The notes under the pieces: generated by a model
The model's database searches: none
Seen by the model: only the letters and a program-made list of their open reading frames with translations
Told to the model about the DNA's origin: nothing
Shown: in pieces, positions 57,694 to 64,000 of the stretch
Layout of the letters: every line of letters starts with the position of its first letter
How positions within the stretch are numbered: the stretch's first letter is position 1
NCBI GenBank assembly: GCA_049322915.1
Contig: JBMOPW010000026.1
Span: 207,013 to 271,012 of the forward strand
From: Candidatus Zhuqueibacterota bacterium
GTDB taxonomy: Bacteria; Zhuqueibacterota; Zhuqueibacteria; Thermofontimicrobiales; Thermofontimicrobiaceae
Reading direction: 5' to 3'
DNA length: 64,000 nt
Translations under genes and position numbers: made by a program

Positions 57694-60600
57694 ATGAACA
57701 TTTCAATTTCCGACATTACCTGCAAAATAAATGAAGCTGTTGCTATCGCTGCGGCAACGCCCAACCAGCCTGAAGCAAAACTAAGAGAGCTTGTTGCGCC
57801 ACTCTGGGATGAGTATATCCGATCAAATCGAATCAATCTCAATTTTAATCCCAGAGACGAGCGACAACTTGCTAATGGACGGGCAGACACAGTATTCAAT
57901 CGTCTGATTCTGGAGTACAAAAAACCTGGCGTTATCAAAGCGAACAATGAAAAAAATCGCCAGCTAATAACCCAGGTGAAAGGTTATATCGAAGACCTTG
58001 CCAAAGAAGAACGATGGAAAGAGGAACGCTTGCTCGGTGTTGCCTTCGATGGCAACTACTTCCTGTTCGTCCGCAAGGTCGGTCGCTGGATCGAAGAACA
58101 ACCACTGCCCGTTTCTGCCGAAAGCGTCGAACGATTTTTATTAACTCTCGAAAAGCTGACTACCAAAGCGGCTCTGGTTCCAGATAATTTAATTCGGGAC
58201 TTTGCCATCGGCACGGGATCGCTGAACTATATCGCATCCAATGCGATCAAAGCCTTCTACTTTACGCTATGTAGCAATGTCAATGATCGTGTGAAGGTAT
58301 TTTTTAAGCAATGGGCATTGCAATTTTCAGAAGTTCATGGCGCCATCGAAAACAAAAAATTCAATGCGGAAACGCTGTTCAAGTCTTATGGATTCAAAAA
58401 AGATGAACAGAAAGATTTAAATTTTCTCGCCTTTTTCTTTGCGCTCGATACCTATTACGGCTTGCTGATGAAGCTGCTGGCGTATCAGGTCGTTGGATTC
58501 TACACGCTGAAGAATGTTGCTGGCCTTCCGCTGGCGGAATGGGAAAAATTGGATACCATTTCATTGAAGGAAAAACTGGACAACTTAGAAGAAGGTGGCA
58601 TTTTTCGCTCGCTCGGTATACGTAATTTTCTGGAAGGCGATTTGCTATCTTGGTATCTCAATGATTGGAACGAGGGCGTGGAAACTGCGATTCGTGCCAT
58701 CATTGATCGGCTCAACCAGTACGATCCAGAAACCATGGAACTGATTCCTGATGAAACACGGGATATACTCAAAAAACTCTATCAATTCCTTGTGCCCAAG
58801 CAAATTCGGCACGATCTTGGCGAATATTACACTCCCGATTGGCTGGCAGAGCGTTGCCTGAATCAAGTTGGCTATGGCCCAAAAGAGCCAACGCTGCTGC
58901 AAAAACGTCTGCTCGATCCTGGCTGCGGTTCTGCCACATTTCTCATACTTGCCATCAAACGGGCCAAGGAGCATGCCCGTTTAAATGCCATTCCTCCTCA
59001 TGAAACTATCAATCAAATTACCAAAAACATCGTTGGTTTTGAATTGAATCCGCTGGCAGTCATTGCTGCACGAACCAACTATTTGCTGGCGATTGCCGAT
59101 ATGTTGAAATACAAAACAGGCGAATTGACCATACCCGTTTATCTCTGTGACAGCATTAATCCCCCTCAAGCCAGGATGGCGGATGAGATGACCCTCTTTG
59201 AGGAAAAGCTGCCCTACGAGGTCAGAACTTCGGTGGGCAATTTTTATTTTCCGCATGAAGTGGTGACGCGACAGGGCATACAAAAACTGGTTAACTTGAT
59301 GGAAGACGGAGTAAAGAACGGCCAATCCATAGATATTTTTTTACAACGGGTGAAAAAAGAGCTTGCTTTGCCGGAAGACGATGTGGAAAAAACTGATGCC
59401 GTGCTCATTGCCGCCTATGATAAGTTATTAGAACTTGAAGAGAGAGGGATTAATGGTATCTGGTCAAGGATTATCAAGAATGCGTTTGCTCCACTGATGT
59501 ACCAAAACCAATTTGATATCATCATTGGTAATCCACCGTGGGTGAATTGGGAGGCATTGCCGCAAGAATACAGGGATGCAACGACACATATTTGGAAGCG
59601 ATATAACTTATTCGAGCATACTGGCCTTCGGGCACGATTAGGCAGTGCAAAGGATGACATCTCTGTTTTGATGACATACGTTTCCATTGACAAGTACTTA
59701 AAGGATGAAGGTAAACTTTGCATCGTTATTACGCAGACATTGTTCAAGACTGTAGGCGGGGGTGAAGGATTCAGACGATTCAGGCTAGGAAATAAAGGGA
59801 TACCATTCAAGGTCTTGCAGGTGGACGACATGGTAGATCTACAACCATTCGACTCTGCCACCAATAAGACTTCGGTGTTTTTCTGCCAAAAAGGTCAAGA
59901 AACCTCGTACCCTGTGGAGTATCATCTCTGGAGGAAAAACGGCAAGGGATCAATTGGGATGGACATGACTTGGCAAGAGGTCACACAAAAAACTCAAGTT
60001 AGCTACTTCAAGGCTGAAAGTGTCGATGGCTCGGAACAAGGTGCATGGATTACTGCGAGACCCAAGGCTATAAAAGCGATCAAAAAGGTGATGGCACCGT
60101 CTTACTATAAGGCTCGTGAAGGCAGCTCCGGTGGTTTGAACAGTGTCTACCTATTGAAACCGTTTAGTTCAAAGGGTCGACTCCTGCAAGTGGCAAATTT
60201 CACTGAGAATGCGAAAAAGAAAGTCAAACGAGTTGAGGCATTCTTGGAGCCCGATCTTGTATTTCCAACTCTCAGAGGTCGGGAAATCGTTCGCTGGCAA
60301 GCGAAGCCTGAATTGGCTATTGTACTGCCACAGGACCAGAATAAACCCAGTAATGGCATGCATCCACAGACACTCGAGAAGAAGTATCCAAAAACGTTTG
60401 AGTATCTTGAGTCCTTTAAAACGGATTTAGAGAACCGGAGCATCCTCAAGCAGTTCCTACATAACCAACCATACTATTCAATGTATAATACTGGTCAGTA
60501 CTCTTTCGCTCCATATAAGGTTGTGTGGACAAGAGTCGGGAATAACATGAAGTGTGCAGTCGTTGGTGATAGAGAGCAAGAATTCCTCACTAATCGTGTT

Positions 60601-60960
60601 GTGACCCCAATCGAAACTGTGGTTTTCGTGCCGTTCGAAGACATCAACGAAGCTCATTTCTTTTGTGCTCTTTTGAATTCTTCTATTTGCAGTTTTGCAA
60701 TTTCCTCCTATTCCAACAAGGGCACTGGCAGTTTTGGCTCTCCACATGTACTGGAACACATTGCAATTACCAGATATGACATGTCAAACGAAACGCAAAA
60801 AGAGTTATCCGGTCTATCTAAACAATGCCACGAGAAAGTTGCCGCTGGCATCAGCGTGAGCGACCTTGAAAATAAGATCGATGAGCTTGCCGCTGAGTTG
60901 TGGGGATTAACAAAAGAAGAGTTGAAGGATATTAAAGAAAGTCTGGAGGAGATGCGATGA
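57694..60960 (+). CDS. Fused restriction endonuclease/N6-adenine methyltransferase (Type IIG/Eco57I-like)
   Basis: N-terminal GRAD..ILEYKKP (PD-(D/E)xK); GEYYTP; LLDPGCGSATFL; IIGNPPW; TaqI_C-like C-terminal region (YSFAPYKVVW, CALLNSS). Confidence 0.9.
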   Translation: MNISISDITCKINEAVAIAAATPNQPEAKLRELVAPLWDEYIRSNRINLNFNPRDERQLANGRADTVFNRLILEYKKPGVIKANNEKNRQLITQVKGYIEDLAKEERWKEERLLGVAFDGNYFLFVRKVGRWIEEQPLPVSAESVERFLLTLEKLTTKAALVPDNLIRDFAIGTGSLNYIASNAIKAFYFTLCSNVNDRVKVFFKQWALQFSEVHGAIENKKFNAETLFKSYGFKKDEQKDLNFLAFFFALDTYYGLLMKLLAYQVVGFYTLKNVAGLPLAEWEKLDTISLKEKLDNLEEGGIFRSLGIRNFLEGDLLSWYLNDWNEGVETAIRAIIDRLNQYDPETMELIPDETRDILKKLYQFLVPKQIRHDLGEYYTPDWLAERCLNQVGYGPKEPTLLQKRLLDPGCGSATFLILAIKRAKEHARLNAIPPHETINQITKNIVGFELNPLAVIAARTNYLLAIADMLKYKTGELTIPVYLCDSINPPQARMADEMTLFEEKLPYEVRTSVGNFYFPHEVVTRQGIQKLVNLMEDGVKNGQSIDIFLQRVKKELALPEDDVEKTDAVLIAAYDKLLELEERGINGIWSRIIKNAFAPLMYQNQFDIIIGNPPWVNWEALPQEYRDATTHIWKRYNLFEHTGLRARLGSAKDDISVLMTYVSIDKYLKDEGKLCIVITQTLFKTVGGGEGFRRFRLGNKGIPFKVLQVDDMVDLQPFDSATNKTSVFFCQKGQETSYPVEYHLWRKNGKGSIGMDMTWQEVTQKTQVSYFKAESVDGSEQGAWITARPKAIKAIKKVMAPSYYKAREGSSGGLNSVYLLKPFSSKGRLLQVANFTENAKKKVKRVEAFLEPDLVFPTLRGREIVRWQAKPELAIVLPQDQNKPSNGMHPQTLEKKYPKTFEYLESFKTDLENRSILKQFLHNQPYYSMYNTGQYSFAPYKVVWTRVGNNMKCAVVGDREQEFLTNRVVTPIETVVFVPFEDINEAHFFCALLNSSICSFAISSYSNKGTGSFGSPHVLEHIAITRYDMSNETQKELSGLSKQCHEKVAAGISVSDLENKIDELAAELWGLTKEELKDIKESLEEMR

Positions 60961-62099
60961 TAGAATTTACAGCCACGCTTAAGAAAATAATGTCTGTGGT
61001 TTCTGACATGCTTGAGCTTCTTCCAGCAAGCGAGGGCGCTGTTGAAGAGATGACCTACGTTGATGCAGAAGAACGGGATGATACTAAGCTCTCTGGCGAC
61101 AATCTTTTGATTGAAAACTCGCTTGAAATTCCCAGGCCAACCTGGAAATATCGGACGGTTAACCCAATTGAGAGAAATAAAAAGCACTTTTTCAGATATT
61201 TTCTTGATGGCTCATACAGACATTATTTCCTTGCCACCGGTCTCGAACATGACCGAGCAACTCCTATTTTCCTTGCCCAGATTGCAATCGTTATCCTTGT
61301 GCGTGATGCTAGGGGCAAACTCAGTATCGTGCCAGATTTTAAGCGCCATCAATGGTTTCTTTTGATTGCTAAATCAAGGATTTCCGAAGCAGCCTGGGAA
61401 CGTATCCTGGAATCAACCCAGGAATCAAGAATAAATGTCATCATCAGGGATCTAGCGGAGATGGATGCCTTTAGCGGCGATTTCAACGAAGCGCAGGATT
61501 TGCGAGAGCGAGGACGCAGTAAGACACGTCACCTGATGAGCACTATGGAATTTGATATCGTAAAGGAGTTTAAAGAAAAATTCCCAGATGAATGGATGAT
61601 CAAAGATGGGCTGGTTTCTTTTGGGAAATATGGCGGAGGAATGCAAAGCCAAAAGGTCATTGGCGTTGCCAAAAGTTTCACCAGCGTTCAAAAGTTCTAC
61701 TCCCATGGCGGCAAAACGAAAGAAAAACAAAGCGTCGTTTCTTTGCTTGGCGAGCTTCCACCTAATCATCGAACAACTGCTTACGAAGGTTATGGCGGGA
61801 GGACGGCTTTTTGGTACATCCGTCTGCGCCAATCGCAGCAACTACTCTATCCGCTATTCGGTGTTATTAAAGTAGAGATTCCGGTTCTTGAAGAGCAACC
61901 GTTGACAACGGAGTTGCTCGATGAAATTTCCGGTGCTTTGCTTGCAGAAAAATTCGTTACGCCTTATGGCTCTGATGATCGATGGCATTCCCATTTGTAT
62001 CCTGTCTACCAGGCAGAACATGCCTCGAAGCAGCAGTTTTATTCAACAGAAGTTATTCAAGGTTGTATCAATAATGCGATAAGGAGTCAACAAAAATGA
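60957..62099 (+). CDS. nurA: NurA-like (RNase H fold) nuclease
   Basis: YFLDGS, WMIKDG, IGVAKS, FWYIRLR, HLYPVYQAE; lies directly upstream of HerA; ATGA overlaps at both ends. Confidence 0.75.
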   Translation: MIEFTATLKKIMSVVSDMLELLPASEGAVEEMTYVDAEERDDTKLSGDNLLIENSLEIPRPTWKYRTVNPIERNKKHFFRYFLDGSYRHYFLATGLEHDRATPIFLAQIAIVILVRDARGKLSIVPDFKRHQWFLLIAKSRISEAAWERILESTQESRINVIIRDLAEMDAFSGDFNEAQDLRERGRSKTRHLMSTMEFDIVKEFKEKFPDEWMIKDGLVSFGKYGGGMQSQKVIGVAKSFTSVQKFYSHGGKTKEKQSVVSLLGELPPNHRTTAYEGYGGRTAFWYIRLRQSQQLLYPLFGVIKVEIPVLEEQPLTTELLDEISGALLAEKFVTPYGSDDRWHSHLYPVYQAEHASKQQFYSTEVIQGCINNAIRSQQK

Positions 62100-63757
62100 G
62101 CGAACAGAAAAATAATCCAGTGATTGGCAGAACATCGGCTACAGACCGAGACCCAAACACAGCAGACAAATTCAATTTTTGGATTACTTCAAATGTAATC
62201 GTCAATCCGTTCGACATCGTCGAGTCCGAACATTTCAACAGCAGCAAAACGTATGGACTGGTAACGAATCTTGAGCATCGCACGGATGCGGCCAGCCATC
62301 TTGCCAATTTTGTTTCTAATAATTTTGGCTCTGTCGCTGAAGAGCCTAACACGCCTCGTGTTGGTGCTACACTGGCAAAAGTCAATGTGATGATGAATGA
62401 TGGCGGCGGCAAGAAGCCAGACGGTACGTACCGGGACGGTATCTATATGCCAGTTGAAAACGAAAAAAACGTCCGTTTTGCAGAAGAGTCTGGAATTCAT
62501 GCCGCACTTGGTATTGATACAATGAAAGATGAAAATCGCATTCCGGCGGGACTTATTAAAATGAGTAATGAAATTGAGGCGGTTGTTTATCTCGACAAAT
62601 CGTATGTCATAGGACCAGAATCGGCTCATGTGAATATTTCAGGTATCAGCGGACTGGCGACAAAGACCAGCTATGCGATGTTTTTGTTGCAATCCATTTT
62701 ACAGACGATCGATCCATCTCAGGTAGCAGTAATCATCATGAATGTCAAGCATGGAGACTTGTTAAAAATTGATGAGCCACCAGCCAGGCTTGATGAAGCT
62801 CAAAAAGGACTGTGGTTAAAACTTGGGCTGGAGCCCAGACCATTTCAGAATGTCCACTATTTTTTGCCACGAGGAAAGAACGGAGAGCCAAACAGCTTCG
62901 TTAGACCGAGACAATCACGGCTTTATGCCTACGAATTAAATGATTGTATAGATAAGCTTGAACTGCTCTTTTCTAGCATACCTGATCCAACCGAGACAAT
63001 AGAATCGTTGGTTGGAGAGATTTCCAATGGATTATCAAGCAAAACTGCTAAATCTCAATGGGCGAAAGTACAAGATTGGTTAAGCCTGCTTGACGGCGAG
63101 CCTCTTGCCGAGGCTGGCAAATCTAAATCATTTGGGGATGTTAAAACACAATCAGTTGGAAAATTTCGGCGCCACCTTCGGCGGATGGTGAAAACAAGGA
63201 CAACTGGAATATTTACTGACCGACGGGGGCGAAACGAGGATCATCTTGCTGACGAAATAAAAAAAATCGAGGGTGGCAATACCTACGTTATTGATATTGC
63301 CAAGCTTCAGGATCATGAACAGGCTTTTGTATTCGGAGATATCGTTCGAACAGTGTATGAGATGTATGCAGAATCCGATGAAACCCTCAATCAGCCTAAA
63401 AAGGTACTTATCTTTGTTGACGAATTGAATAAGTATGCCCCTGCAGGGGTGAAGGATTCTCCTCTCATTGAACAGATACTTGACATCTCTGAGCGTGGAC
63501 GCTCTCTCGGGGTGATTCTATTTTCTGCTCAGCAATTCATGAGTTCCGTTCATGCGAGAGTGACAGGAAATTCAGCAACTAGAATACTTGGGCGTAGTAC
63601 TTCAAGCGAAATTATGCAGCCCGACTATCGATTTCTCGATCAAGACTTGAAGCTTTCTGTAACAAGGCTTTCAAAAGGCGAGTTGTTAGTTCAACATGCT
63701 ATTTTTCGCCAGCCGGTGAAGATAGTTTTTCCGATGCCAGCCTACAAACAGGACTAA
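62096..63757 (+). CDS. herA: HerA/FtsK-family ATPase with N-terminal HAS-barrel-like region
   Basis: HVNISGISGLATKTS (Walker A variant), IFVDELNKYAP (Walker B), RGRSLG, SAQQ. Confidence 0.88.
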   Translation: MSEQKNNPVIGRTSATDRDPNTADKFNFWITSNVIVNPFDIVESEHFNSSKTYGLVTNLEHRTDAASHLANFVSNNFGSVAEEPNTPRVGATLAKVNVMMNDGGGKKPDGTYRDGIYMPVENEKNVRFAEESGIHAALGIDTMKDENRIPAGLIKMSNEIEAVVYLDKSYVIGPESAHVNISGISGLATKTSYAMFLLQSILQTIDPSQVAVIIMNVKHGDLLKIDEPPARLDEAQKGLWLKLGLEPRPFQNVHYFLPRGKNGEPNSFVRPRQSRLYAYELNDCIDKLELLFSSIPDPTETIESLVGEISNGLSSKTAKSQWAKVQDWLSLLDGEPLAEAGKSKSFGDVKTQSVGKFRRHLRRMVKTRTTGIFTDRRGRNEDHLADEIKKIEGGNTYVIDIAKLQDHEQAFVFGDIVRTVYEMYAESDETLNQPKKVLIFVDELNKYAPAGVKDSPLIEQILDISERGRSLGVILFSAQQFMSSVHARVTGNSATRILGRSTSSEIMQPDYRFLDQDLKLSVTRLSKGELLVQHAIFRQPVKIVFPMPAYKQD

Positions 63758-63847
63758 AGAATCCGATTTCATACTATTTGGTATTTGGCATTTCGAGCAA
63801 TTCAGGGTAAGAATTATTGAATTTTATGCAGGAAGCTTCGATCTATT

Positions 63848-64000
63848 GGTAGCAATCACCGGGCGAGTGGTAGCAACGGCCGGGAGAGCGGTAGCAACCT
63901 TCGGGCGAGTGGTAGCAATGGCCGGGCGAGTGGTAGCAATCGCCGGAAGAGTGGTAGCAATGGCCGGGCGAGTGGTAGCAACGGCCGGGCGAGTGGTAGC
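63848..64000. repeat. 21-bp tandem repeat (consensus GGTAGCAAYGGCCGGGCGAGT), 7 full units + partial, runs off window end
   Basis: GGTAGC recurs at 63848, 63869, 63890, 63911, 63932, 63953, 63974 and 63995. Confidence 0.95.

Noticed and set aside
63770..63852. Another gene scar (YYLVFGISSNSG*ELLNFMQEASIYW*)
   Set aside because: Too short and interrupted to assign.
63848..64000. CRISPR array
   Set aside because: The period is only 21 bp with no unique spacers, and there are no cas genes in the window; it is a minisatellite.
52466..64000. Prophage, integron or ICE
   Set aside because: No integrase, phage structural, conjugation or attC-like features seen in the window.
1..64000. tRNA, rRNA, tmRNA or RNase P genes
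   Set aside because: No cloverleaf or conserved signature recognised by eye; a tRNAscan/Infernal run would be needed to exclude them fully.

Overview
Bacterial chromosome window. A PorV/PorQ-family gene and several secreted proteins with FlgD/T9SS-type C-terminal domains suggest an FCB-superphylum organism such as KSB1 or Calditrichota (inference). Positions 1-52 kb carry mostly housekeeping, envelope and transport genes: a BlaI/BlaR1-TonB pair, pdxJ, fxsA, an OPT transporter, two CBM9/DUF5916 proteins, an ECF sigma/anti-sigma pair, a GH2 beta-mannosidase, three ABC systems, LRR and esterase secreted proteins, and brnTA. The intergenic regions hold small IS66-like MITEs (some with 8-bp target duplications, one nested in another), heptamer repeats, and a candidate structured RNA leader at ~24.6-24.8 kb. 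From ~52.4 kb to the end is a defence-island-like mosaic with three modules: XRE-ImmA/IrrE + PIN(DUF3368); ABC ATPase + TOPRIM-like DUF4276; and a translationally coupled operon of a fused restriction-methyltransferase, a NurA-like nuclease and a HerA ATPase. That last operon is the best candidate for an undescribed system. The modules are separated by short diverged gene scars: a tail of the same MTase family, two tails of uxaC, and an internal herA fragment, which points to repeated capture at this locus. A 21-bp tandem repeat runs off the right end. All family assignments come from motif recognition by eye; no searches were run.
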